Positions 1-9,682 of a DNA stretch of 64,000 bases are shown here, in pieces (position 1 is the first letter of the stretch; the number at the start of each line of letters is the position of its first letter). The stretch comes from Gammaproteobacteria bacterium. Lineage in GTDB: Bacteria > Pseudomonadota > Gammaproteobacteria > Steroidobacterales > Rariloculaceae. A program made the position numbers and the translations under genes. The notes beneath the pieces were generated by a model. The model had not been told where the DNA came from. It saw nothing but the letters and a program-made list of their open reading frames with translations, and searched no databases. The stretch covers positions 1,135,987 through 1,199,986 of the forward strand of contig OY761822.1 of assembly GCA_963664945.1 (NCBI GenBank). The letters run 5' to 3'.

Positions 1-1279
1 GGCAGACGAGGTCCCACTCGCCTTGAACCTTGTCCAGGCCGCGCAGGCTGAAGCGGCGGAAGCCGAGCGCCTCCTTGATCCACCCGATCGGCGCCTCGGC
101 CAGCCATTTGCGTTGCGCGTACAGCGCCCGCCCCGCCTCCGTCGCCAGTTTCTCCGCCATGCCCGCCTTCGCCGGATGCTTCTCCGCGTCCACCGCGACC
201 CGGCGCCCGCCCTCCCGGCCCAGCGCCACGTAACCGTCCACCCCCCGGTCCTCCAGCGCCTCCAGGTCCGCCTCGTTGCAGTACCCGGCGTCGGCCAACA
301 CCGTCTCCGGGCGCTCCCCGTGGTTGGCCTCCACCTCCTCCACCAACGGGACCAACCGGCCCTGGTCGCTGGCGTTGCACGACACCTCCACCGCGACGAT
401 CAACTGGTTCTCCCCCTCCACCGCCACCTGGGCGTTGTAGCATTGCTGGAAACCGTCCTGGGACGTCTTCATGATCCGGCTTTGCGGATCCGTGAAATTG
501 TCCTGCGCCTTCCCGTCCGGCTCCCCGTATTCGCGCTTGTAGGGCCGCCCGCCCTTCGGATTGCGCGTCTGCCCGGGCTTTCGCCCACGGGCCTCGTCCG
601 CGTCGCGCTGGCGCGCCTCCAGCCGCGCCTTCGCCGCCCGGATCGCCGCCAAACGGTCCTCCCGCCGGCTCAATTCCCCCGGCAACTCGTCGCCCCGGAA
701 ATCCTCCCCGAACCGCGCGTCCTCCGCCGCGTCGGTCTCCCGCGCCCGCGACACCAACGCCTCGATCTCCCCCTGAAGACGCTTCTCCTCCTCGATCATC
801 CGGGAATAACTCATCGCCTTGCGCTTGGAGGCGTTCGCCCGCACCTTCGTCCCGTCGATGCACAGCTTGCCGAAGTTCGCCACCCCGGTCTCCGCCGCCA
901 ACCGCACCACCTCCACGAACAACCGCTTGAAATCGGCCAAATGACGCCGACGGAACTCGCAGATCGTGCGGTGGCTCGGAAAGTTCCCCGCCGCCAACAC
1001 CCGGAACGCCACGTCCTCCTCCAACTTGCGTGCGATCCCGCGCGAGGAAAACACCCCCGTCGCATAACCGTGGATCAGCACCTTCAGCATCATCCGCGGC
1101 TCGTACGGCGACTTGCGCCGACCGTCGCCCTCGTACGGGGCGTAAAACGCCGTCAGGTCCAATCCGTCCACCAAGTCGCCCACGTGCTCCGCCAAATGGC
1201 CCGGGGACAACCAGTCCCGCAAACTCGGTGGCAACAACAACGACTGATCCGGATGGTACGGGCGAAATCTCGTCGGCAT
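1..1279 (-). CDS. IS1182-family DDE transposase, partial (C-terminus continues past the left edge of the window)
   Basis: Not in the ORF track because it has no in-window stop. Hand translation of the minus strand from ATG 1279..1277 gives MPTRFRPYHPDQSLLLPPSLRDWLSPGHLAEHV...RMMLKVLIHGYATGVFSSRGIARKLEEDVAFRVLAAGNFPSHRTICEFRRRH...IDGTKVRANASKRKAMSY...YNAQVAVEGENQLIVAVEVS...VLADAGYCNEADLEALE. This is an InsH-type N-terminal domain plus a DDE core, as in IS1182 transposases. The listed 23..1345 + ORF is its low-complexity antisense shadow. Confidence 0.85.
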   Translation of the reverse strand, partial: MPTRFRPYHPDQSLLLPPSLRDWLSPGHLAEHVGDLVDGLDLTAFYAPYEGDGRRKSPYEPRMMLKVLIHGYATGVFSSRGIARKLEEDVAFRVLAAGNFPSHRTICEFRRRHLADFKRLFVEVVRLAAETGVANFGKLCIDGTKVRANASKRKAMSYSRMIEEEKRLQGEIEALVSRARETDAAEDARFGEDFRGDELPGELSRREDRLAAIRAAKARLEARQRDADEARGRKPGQTRNPKGGRPYKREYGEPDGKAQDNFTDPQSRIMKTSQDGFQQCYNAQVAVEGENQLIVAVEVSCNASDQGRLVPLVEEVEANHGERPETVLADAGYCNEADLEALEDRGVDGYVALGREGGRRVAVDAEKHPAKAGMAEKLATEAGRALYAQRKWLAEAPIGWIKEALGFRRFSLRGLDKVQGEWDLVC

Positions 1280-1330
1280 CCCAGACTCCTCAACAACCCA
1301 ACGAATGTATTATCCCATGCGAGTTTCTAC
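1..1330 (-). mobile_element. Partial IS1182-family insertion sequence whose end abuts the 3' end of the SNF2 helicase gene
   Basis: Transposase start at 1279 is preceded by about 50 bp of lower-GC terminal sequence (..gaatgtattatcccatgcgag..). The exact terminus cannot be set because the partner inverted repeat is off-window. Confidence 0.55.
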
Positions 1331-4111
1331 GGCGCAGGCTCCTAGGCGGACAGGGAAGGCGAGCGTCCGCACCCAGCGGTGAAAGGTCTCGCGCAGTTCG
1401 TTCACCGCAAGTTCCTCGACACTCAGCATCACGAGTGCGTCCGCGCCGTCGGGGACATCCCCTATCCGTACTGTCCAGCGCGAAACCTGATGTTCGCCCG
1501 GGTAGCGGCGCCGCGTGAGCATACCGAGCGCCCGCTGTATCAAGGGGTGAGCGAGATGCAACAGCAGGGCATCGCGGCGGGGCAGGAACACGCGCAGGCG
1601 GCCGAGCCGCTCGATGAACGGCTCGGGGCTGAAGGCGAGCTGCCGCATCGGGCCCAGTTCGCTGCCCAACGCGGGACGGCGCACGGCGTCGTCGATGACG
1701 TCGCGCCAGCCCCGAAGGCCGGGATTAACGACACGGTAGAATCCGGGCTCCTCGGCCACCTGGAGTTGCGGCCGCCCGCCCGCGATGGACATTGCGGTTT
1801 CAAGGGTTTCGCCAAGCGCGTCCGGGTCGAGGTCGATCTCCGCGGCCATGGCGTCCAGGAGCGCCGCTTCACCCAAGGAGTCGCCATCCGTGGCGAGCGT
1901 GGTATCGGCTTCGAGCGCTGTGCGTCCCCGCATCGCATCGAGACCCGCGTCCAGGTCCGCCTGCACGTGTGCGGTGTCCTCCCCGCGAATCAGCCGGCGA
2001 TGTGCGGCGCGATCGAATATCTCGTTGACCGAGCCGAGGTCCTCGCGAATCCCGTCCGCCTTGCGGATGACGTGGCCAAGAAAGCGCAGGTCGGCGTCCG
2101 CATCGCTGGCGAAGTGATGCACCGTCACGTCCCGGGCCTGCCCGTAGCGGTCGAGCCGCCCGTTGCGCTGCTCCAGGCGGGATGGGTTCCACGGGCAATC
2201 GTAGTGCAGAAGGTAGCGCGCCGTGCGGTGCAGATTGAGGCCCTCGGACGCGGCATCCGTGGCCACGAGAATGCGTACGGCCGAGGCCGGGTCGTTGAAG
2301 GCTGTCTTGACGTTCTCGCGATCCGACTCGTTCATCCCTTCGGGGCCGCCGGTGCCGAACAACGTCAGTACTCTCTCAGCGGGATACCGTTCTCGCAAGC
2401 GCCTCGCAACGTAGTCGAGCGTCGTCTTGTATTCGGTGAAGACGATCAGGCGTTCATCGTTTCGAAAACCGTCTGCTTCGACCGAATCCGGGGCGTTGAC
2501 CTGCGGGCGGTCGCGCAGCAAACGTTCGATCAAGGCGGTCAGCGCTTCGAATCGTGCATCCACGGCAGGCGTCTGCTCGGTTATCGGCATGTCGTCGAGA
2601 TCGAAGCCGATGGCCTCAAGCGCCCTTTCCATGCGGCGAATCTCCCCGCCTACATCGTCCGCAAAGTTCTTGAGCCAGGCACCCACGACCGTTGCCGCTG
2701 TGGCTTCGCGCTTCTGCGTTTCACGGTCGTCGCCGGTCTCCTGTCGCAACGCCCGTTCCGCTGCCGTCAACTCCGATTCGGAAGCCGCCTGGTCGGCAAG
2801 GCCCTGTCTGGTTCGGCTCCAGGATTCCGCGAACGCGGTGGGGCACGAAAGCAATCGCTTCCCGAGAATTTCCACGGCGAATGTGCCGGCGCGGCGCCGT
2901 TGTCCCGTTCCCTCGGCGATGAGGTCGCGAACGGCGGAGCGGAAGGCATCGAAAGCGGCGGACAACTCCGATTCCAGGGGGTCGGTAGCCAGGCTCAACG
3001 CCTTGGGAGGCTGTCGGGTGCAAAAGCGCGGCGCCGCGGCGCCCGCGTTGATGTCGCGTTTCAACCTGCGAATGACCACGTCGTTCACGCGCGACTGCAT
3101 CGCGGCGCCCATCTCGCTGGTGCGGGTGAAGCGGACCGGATCCATCATTTCCAGCAAGCCGGTAAATGAACGTGTGTGGCCGTTGTGGGGCGTGGCGGAA
3201 AGAAACAGCCGGTGCTCGAACCGTGGCGCCACGAGACGCAACGTCTGGCACAGCTCGCTGTCTTCGCCGAAGGGGGAGGGCATCAGGTTGTGGCATTCAT
3301 CGACGATCAGGAGATCCCAGGGCAGGTGGGGCGAACCCTCGGGCGTGTGGCAAGCCGACAGGAACTGCTCGCGCACGTCGGGCTGGCGCAGGTAGTGGTA
3401 CGAAGTAACGATACGGCTGAATGAACGCCACGGGTTCGCGTCCATGCCGAGCCGGCGGCGAAGGCGCTCCGAGCCTTGCCGGTCGACGACCTCAAAGCGC
3501 AACGAGAATTTTTCCCAAAGTTCATCCCGCCACTGCTGGCGCAGCGACGCTGGGGTGAGCACCAGCACGCGTTGGATGCGGCGGCGCAGCAGCAACTCCG
3601 TAAGGATCAAGCCGGCTTCGACGGTTTTGCCCAGCCCCACGTCGTCGGCGATCAGCAAGCTGACACGGGGCATGCGAAGCGCCTTAAGGAGGGGCACGAG
3701 TTGATAGTCCTCGATACAGACGCTGCCGTGGAACGGGCTTGCCACCGGCTCGCGGTTCAAGGGGCCGTCGCCGTCCGGGTCGAGGTAGGGCGACAGTGCT
3801 GTCCAACGGGCGGCCCGGACGAGGGCGTCGAATTCTTCCGCCGGCATGGCGTCCGTTGTTGCCGGATCGGGCAGCGCGTTGGGTTCGAGGAGATTGCGCC
3901 TGGGCTCGAGTTCCCACAGGAGCCGCTCCTCGGAGGGTGCGCGATTGTCCTGATATTCGAGATGCACGAGGTGAAGGCGTCCCGCGTCGCCATCGAATGG
4001 CTCGACGGCGGCTACCACACCGCGCCGATTGCGCACGGTTGCAAGCATTCCTGCGCGGGGGATCGCGATCTCCGTCGCGCGAGTATTCACGAGCCGCTCC
4101 ACGGCGGCCAA
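1310..4111 (-). CDS. SNF2/SWI2-family helicase of the defence-island type (DISARM DrmD-like), probably 3'-truncated by the IS1182 element
   Basis: 933-aa ORF with motif I ADDVGLGKT, motif II LLIVDECHNL, motif III FLSATPHNG and motifs V-VI ATDAASEGLNL / YDCPWNPSRLEQRNGRLDRYGQ. It has a long N-terminal leader and a long C-terminal extension. The last codons (..ACAVETRMG*) are read from IS-proximal sequence. Confidence 0.85.
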   Translation of the reverse strand: MAAVERLVNTRATEIAIPRAGMLATVRNRRGVVAAVEPFDGDAGRLHLVHLEYQDNRAPSEERLLWELEPRRNLLEPNALPDPATTDAMPAEEFDALVRAARWTALSPYLDPDGDGPLNREPVASPFHGSVCIEDYQLVPLLKALRMPRVSLLIADDVGLGKTVEAGLILTELLLRRRIQRVLVLTPASLRQQWRDELWEKFSLRFEVVDRQGSERLRRRLGMDANPWRSFSRIVTSYHYLRQPDVREQFLSACHTPEGSPHLPWDLLIVDECHNLMPSPFGEDSELCQTLRLVAPRFEHRLFLSATPHNGHTRSFTGLLEMMDPVRFTRTSEMGAAMQSRVNDVVIRRLKRDINAGAAAPRFCTRQPPKALSLATDPLESELSAAFDAFRSAVRDLIAEGTGQRRRAGTFAVEILGKRLLSCPTAFAESWSRTRQGLADQAASESELTAAERALRQETGDDRETQKREATAATVVGAWLKNFADDVGGEIRRMERALEAIGFDLDDMPITEQTPAVDARFEALTALIERLLRDRPQVNAPDSVEADGFRNDERLIVFTEYKTTLDYVARRLRERYPAERVLTLFGTGGPEGMNESDRENVKTAFNDPASAVRILVATDAASEGLNLHRTARYLLHYDCPWNPSRLEQRNGRLDRYGQARDVTVHHFASDADADLRFLGHVIRKADGIREDLGSVNEIFDRAAHRRLIRGEDTAHVQADLDAGLDAMRGRTALEADTTLATDGDSLGEAALLDAMAAEIDLDPDALGETLETAMSIAGGRPQLQVAEEPGFYRVVNPGLRGWRDVIDDAVRRPALGSELGPMRQLAFSPEPFIERLGRLRVFLPRRDALLLHLAHPLIQRALGMLTRRRYPGEHQVSRWTVRIGDVPDGADALVMLSVEELAVNELRETFHRWVRTLAFPVRLGACAVETRMG

Positions 4112-4772
4112 ATATGAGGCATAGGATTACTTGTTCAGTTGTTGTTCTTGGCGTCCGTGCGCTGCCTGCCGGCGGGATGCTGGCTGTAGCAATGTCGTGT
4201 CATTCCGGTATTCGGTCATAATATCAAGATGAATGCGAGGACGGGCTACCTCAACGTAAGCGGCTGTACGGGATTGCGAGAGATTCCGGAGGTTTCGGGC
4301 CTCCGAATAGTCGAAAATTTCCTGACTCCCAAGGAACAGGCAGACTGCGTTCGGCGAGTAATTGCGGCCAATGACCATTGGCGACATGACCTTAGTCGTC
4401 GGGTCCAGCACTATGGATGGCGGTACGACTATAAGGCCCGCGCCATTACGCCAGATATGGAAATAGGTGCCTTGCCTGAGTGGTTGGCAAGGTTGGCTCG
4501 CAAGCTGTATGAAGAATCAGGGTTGTTTGAAAGAGTACCGGATCAGGTGATAGTAAACGAATACCTTCCTGGGCAAGGTATTGCCATGCATACCGATCAT
4601 CCTGGATTTGGGCCGACCGTGTGCACGATCTCCTTGTTGGATGACTGGGAGATGGATTTTTCCAGAGATGGGAAACAAAAGTTTCCCGCGTTGTTGAAGC
4701 GCGGGTCTTGCGTCCTGCTTGCCGGTGACGCTCGGTCCATATGGAAACATGGGGTCGCACCGCGCAAGACGG

Positions 4773-6859
4773 CAGGGTGATTTCACGCTACGGATCGACG
4801 CCGGGCTAAGCGACGTTCCGCGGGCCGCTTGGGGGCCAAGGCGTGCGGAGGGTTCCGGGCTGGTGTATGGAGCGCGGCGTATTCGTCACCGGGTGGGTGG
4901 GGAAGCGGGTCCGGGAACGCGGCGCGGAGAGGGGTCGCCGGCGACGTTTGCGGGGGGGCGCGGTTTGCGGCGGCGGGGCCGGGTGTCTCAGTGCGGGGAC
5001 AGGATGGCGTCGAGCGCGTCTGCGCGGCGCATCATGAAGTGGAGGTTCGCCTCGGGCAGGTAGCGGAAGCCGCGGTGGAACACGACGGCGAGCGCGATGT
5101 TGTTCAAGATGGCGTTGTTGGCGGGTGCGTGGCCCTTGCGGACGCGGCTGGCGTCCTCGCCCATGGTGGCGTCGCGGCGGTAGTGGTTGGCGTTCTCGAC
5201 CTGCCAATGGCCGCGGTTCCAGGCCAGCAGCCGCGCCGGAGCGGCGCGTTCGGCGGGCACCGTGGTGATGCCGTAGGCGGTCTCGGCCGAGGTTGCACCG
5301 GTCTTGGCGTCGGTGCGCTCGCGCACGACGCGGAACGCCTGGCGGGCGCCGGGGAAGGGTCCGAGCGTCTTCGGCGGCAGGTCGCGCGCGGCGATGCGGC
5401 GCGCCTCGATGCGCCCGTGCGCCTTCGCGGGTTCGTCGGCGTGGTGGCGCACGTCGTTGCCGTCCCAGTCGATCGCCGTGAGTTGGGCGAAGGTGTCGGG
5501 GCAGTTCGCCTTGACCGACAGCACGTAGTCCGCGCCGTGCGTCTCGACGATGGTCCGTGCGGTGTCGCGGGTGGCGTGCAGGGCGTCCAGGGTGAGTACG
5601 CAGCCGCGCAGGTCGACATCCTCGAGCAGCGCACACAGGGCCGCGATCTCGCCGCCGTCGTCGCGGCAGCAGCGGCTCGCGACGGGGCGCCCGGCGTGGG
5701 TAACCAGCGTCACCGTCTCGAAGTACGTCGCGTCGTCGGTGTGCCGGTTGGCGCCGCGGATGCGCTTGCCGTCGGCGGCCAGCACCTGAGGGTCGTCCGC
5801 CGCCGCGAGGCGCGGCGCCGCCCACCGCGACAGCACCTCCTGCAACGCGTCCGGGTCGGTGTTCATCAGCACCCGGCAGACGGTCGAGTCCGACGGCGCG
5901 ACCCAGCGCCCCGCCGCCGGGTCGCGCCAAGCGTGCAGCGCGCGCAGTTCCTTCTGCTCCAGGTTCCTCGCGAAGCGCTCAGTCGCCGCCGGGCCGTGCT
6001 GCCCGGCGAGCCGCGCCAGCGCGCAGATCGCCAGCACCGTCGCGAGGCGGTGCTTGCGGCCCTGCCCGCGGCGCGCGTCCGGCACCTCCGCGAACAGGTC
6101 GCGCAGCGAACGCAACTCCGCGCGCGTGTAGCGCACCGGCACCGCCCGACACGACCACTCCGGGCGGTCCGCCGGGTCCGCGAGCCGCCGCCGCGCATCC
6201 CGACGCAACACCCGCACGTACATCTCCTTCGGCGCCCGGTGCGGGTCCGTGTACGAGCCGTTGTGGCGCGCGAAGCCCTTCGTGCGGCCCACCCGCGTCC
6301 AGTTCGACGCGTCGTAGCACGTGCCCCGAAACCGCGCCGGGTCCACGAACGTCTCGGCCAACTCCAGCGGATGCCCGTGCAGCGCCGCCCAGTCACCGCT
6401 CAGCCGCCGCACGCTCCGCGACAGCGCCCGCGACGCCAGGTTGGGCACCCCCGACGCCGCCGGCAGCACCAAAAACCGCGTGTTGTTCCCGATCAGGTGC
6501 AGGCGCCGGAACTGCACCGACCGGTGCCAGCCCAGCCAGCGGTCCCGCGGCGCGCACTTGAACGCCCCCGACTGCCAGCCCAAAAGCGCCAGCCAGTGCC
6601 CGCGCCACTCCGCAACATGGCGCAGACCACGCCCCGCGAACTGCCGAAAACCCAAGTAGTGGTGCTCCTCCATCAGCGCATCCCAGCGCCGCCGCTCCTC
6701 CGCGCGGACCGGACGCACCTCAACCTCCCCGACCACCACCGCCGCCTTGTCGAATTCCGCCGACATGCAGCGCGTTGTACACCAAACAACGCCGAAAAGC
6801 CAGACCCCCGAGACCAACCCCTCAAATCACCGACTTCCGGCTAGCGTGAAATAGCCCTG
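4773..6859 (-). mobile_element. ISAs1-family insertion sequence, 2,087 bp, complete with inverted repeats and a 10-bp target site duplication
   Basis: Left end is CAGGGTGATTTCACGCTA (4773..). Reverse complement of the right end is CAGGGCTATTTCACGCTA (..6859), matching 16/18. CAGGG termini are the ISAs1 hallmark as I recall it. Direct repeat CGCAAGACGG lies at 4763..4772 and 6860..6869. Confidence 0.85.
4988..6766 (-). CDS. ISAs1-family transposase with an N-terminal DUF4338 (Druantia DruA-like) domain
   Basis: C-terminal half has ..LDALHATRDTARTIVETHGADYVLSVKAN..LLAWNRGHWQVENANHYRRDATMGEDASRVRKGHAPANNAILNNIAL, typical of ISAs1. The N-terminal ~190 aa (WDALMEEHHYLGFRQFAGRGLRH..LLGWQSGAFKCAPRDRWLGW..IGNNTRFLVLP..ETFVDPARFRGTCYDASNW) match my memory of DUF4338. 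ATG at 6766 is preferred over the TTG at 6817 used by the ORF track. Confidence 0.8.
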   Translation of the reverse strand: MSAEFDKAAVVVGEVEVRPVRAEERRRWDALMEEHHYLGFRQFAGRGLRHVAEWRGHWLALLGWQSGAFKCAPRDRWLGWHRSVQFRRLHLIGNNTRFLVLPAASGVPNLASRALSRSVRRLSGDWAALHGHPLELAETFVDPARFRGTCYDASNWTRVGRTKGFARHNGSYTDPHRAPKEMYVRVLRRDARRRLADPADRPEWSCRAVPVRYTRAELRSLRDLFAEVPDARRGQGRKHRLATVLAICALARLAGQHGPAATERFARNLEQKELRALHAWRDPAAGRWVAPSDSTVCRVLMNTDPDALQEVLSRWAAPRLAAADDPQVLAADGKRIRGANRHTDDATYFETVTLVTHAGRPVASRCCRDDGGEIAALCALLEDVDLRGCVLTLDALHATRDTARTIVETHGADYVLSVKANCPDTFAQLTAIDWDGNDVRHHADEPAKAHGRIEARRIAARDLPPKTLGPFPGARQAFRVVRERTDAKTGATSAETAYGITTVPAERAAPARLLAWNRGHWQVENANHYRRDATMGEDASRVRKGHAPANNAILNNIALAVVFHRGFRYLPEANLHFMMRRADALDAILSPH

Positions 6860-6960
6860 CGCAAGACGGAGATGCTGGCGTGCGGCAAACGGAACCGTGA
6901 ACGTCGCTTGTCTCTGACATTCCGCACAGTGCTTAATCGCGAAAGTCGGAAACGATAGAG

Positions 6961-7074
6961 TCGATTCGCGATTTTCCGAGTCGCCCTGGAGCCGGTGCAT
7001 CGATCCGTTGACGATCTGACACCGAGTCAGAAGCGGCAGCTGGCGGATATCGTCAGGCAGTTGAAGTAGAGGTT
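6961..7074 (+). pseudogene. C-terminal remnant of a RelE-superfamily toxin gene
   Basis: Hand-translated frame ends ..IFRVALEPVHRSVDDLTPSQKRQLADIVRQLK*. It resembles the C-terminal tail of small toxins paired with XRE antitoxins. There is no start codon or N-terminal body because it begins right at the AlkB stop. Confidence 0.3.
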
Positions 7075-7080
7075 GAAGCT

Positions 7081-7272
7081 ATGGACGAAAAACTGTTTGA
7101 ACAGTTGATTGAAAGCGCCTCTCAGGCAGCCGAGATTGTGCGCGGGGAACGCAAACCTTCTCGGACCTTTGAGGTAACGTCAGATATTGTTCGGGAAATC
7201 CGGGAGACCACGGGGTTGTCCCAGGAACGCACGGTTCGGGGCGAAGTTTCCGTCACCAATGTCCGCTTGTCG
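7081..7272 (+). pseudogene. Remnant of an XRE/HTH antitoxin gene (COG2944-like), degraded after the start of the HTH
   Basis: MDEKLFEQLIESASQAAEIVRGERKPSRTFEVTSDIVREIRETTGLSQ.. is the typical N-terminus up to helix 1 of the HTH. The sequence then loses the family pattern, and the ORF runs into the 3' end of adhC on the opposite strand. Confidence 0.35.
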
Positions 7273-8445
<1,173 letters not shown>

Positions 8446-8450
8446 TTAAT

Positions 8451-9470
8451 TCAGAAGTTCGTGCATTCGTATGGCTTGACCGTCTCTCCGGGCCGCCAGA
8501 CCCACTGTTTGTTCATGGTGACCGGCGCGGTGAACGTTTCCGGATCGGTGACCGTGATGGTGTAGTCGAGATTCGCGCCGTCGCCGCTCAGCGAGAACCG
8601 CTCCTGGAATCGCGCCTGGCTGCTCTGTGGGATGCCCCCGGCATTGAAGTGATACCAGTCTGCGGAGTGCGTCTCCACGATCAGGTCATCGCCATCCCAG
8701 CTACCTGTCGAATAGCCCAGAAGAGTGGCTGACACATCGTCGGTTACGGCGTCCGGGTCCATGTGAATCCTCCGGACCAGGTCGTATTCTTCAATCAGGA
8801 ACAGAATGTCGTCGCCGTCCCGGGTGAATGCCACGGGGTAGGGCTGGTGCATGATCCATGGCATGCCCTTGGGGGTGCAGTCGCCGATGGGGTTGTCCAC
8901 CAGCGGATCGAATGCGGCGAGGGCGGCGGCTGCCGACTCCGTAAGGGGATATTCGTCCATACCCATGTACCGGCCCGGGCCGTTGAAGCGCGTGCTCCAG
9001 ACGCGAAAGATGCCCTGGTCCGCCGCGCCCGCATCGCCGTCACCGAGCCAGTAGTCGGACTGGCCGAGATGTTCTTCCGACCAGTGGGGCGCAACGCCCG
9101 GACGCGTCACGACTTCGCGGCCGTCGGACAGCAGGATGTTGTTGATCCACATTTCGGAGTCGCCGTCCCTGGCCGGGAAGCCGGCCACGGCGACCTGGTC
9201 CCCCTCGCTCAACAGGCTGGGACCGACGTCCATGCGGCTCAGGATGCTTACTGAGTTGGTCTCGATATCCCACGACTCGCCTTGTGCGGTCCGGATGGTG
9301 AACTGCACGTGTGGGTTCCGCCACATGAGCCGGGTGATCTCGCCCTCGAGCACCGTCAGGTTGTCCATATCGAAGACGCCGCTGAAGGCGTGGTGGCCGA
9401 TCGCCGAAACCGGCAGCAGGCCGAGCAATCCGAGTGACAGGGCGGCGACGCCGCGATACCTGCTTTTCAT
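8451..9470 (-). CDS. Secreted DUF6152-like protein, long form (paralogue 1 of 4)
   Basis: Start moved to MKSRYRGVAALSLGLLGLLPVSAIG|HHAFSGVFD.., with SD gggaga upstream of ATG 9470. Family signature is HH(S/A)F..FD....G.V....W.NPH, followed by a ~230-aa C-terminal domain shared with 14472..15545 and 32961..34031. Confidence 0.75.
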   Translation of the reverse strand: MKSRYRGVAALSLGLLGLLPVSAIGHHAFSGVFDMDNLTVLEGEITRLMWRNPHVQFTIRTAQGESWDIETNSVSILSRMDVGPSLLSEGDQVAVAGFPARDGDSEMWINNILLSDGREVVTRPGVAPHWSEEHLGQSDYWLGDGDAGAADQGIFRVWSTRFNGPGRYMGMDEYPLTESAAAALAAFDPLVDNPIGDCTPKGMPWIMHQPYPVAFTRDGDDILFLIEEYDLVRRIHMDPDAVTDDVSATLLGYSTGSWDGDDLIVETHSADWYHFNAGGIPQSSQARFQERFSLSGDGANLDYTITVTDPETFTAPVTMNKQWVWRPGETVKPYECTNF

Positions 9471-9682
9471 TGTTCGTTCTCCCGAGTACAGACTCAATGC
9501 CAGGTTACTTCCATGGCAAAGAAACGATCGAAGACCTCGCGCCCCGGATGGTTGTTTGCGTTCCGCTCCAGTGCTCATCGCGAGGTCATCGTGTTGCCTC
9601 TTTCATTGACCGATTCTACTACGGGCCCGGTCACTGCGGCGGGGGGGCACTGCGGCGGGGGGCACCGCAACGAATCCGGCGG

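Larger units (their letters stand above)
4229..6958 (+). pseudogene. AlkB-like 2OG-Fe(II) dioxygenase gene split by an IS insertion (exons 4229..4772 and 6860..6958)
   Basis: 5' part has VNEYLPGQGIAMHTDH...CVLLAGDARSIWKHGVAPRKT (HxD and distal His). Removing 4773..6869 keeps the frame and continues ..RKTEMLACGKRNRERRLSLTFRTVLNRESRKR*, with the AlkB RxSxTFR motif. GC is visibly lower than the flanks. Confidence 0.8.

Noticed and set aside
23-1345. 440-aa plus-strand ORF rich in R/L/P/A
   Set aside because: Low-complexity antisense shadow of the IS1182-family transposase gene, which I could translate on the minus strand. High-GC DNA keeps such frames open.
1379-3395. 596-aa and 322-aa plus-strand ORFs opposite the SNF2 helicase
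   Set aside because: No motifs and biased composition. The minus-strand frame carries the full set of SNF2 helicase motifs.
4806-6844. Long ORFs 4806..5930 (-), 4829..6844 (+), 5866..6396 (-) and others overlapping the ISAs1 transposase
   Set aside because: Arg/Pro/Ala-rich alternative frames with no recognisable motifs. Only the 4988..6766 frame has a transposase-like sequence.
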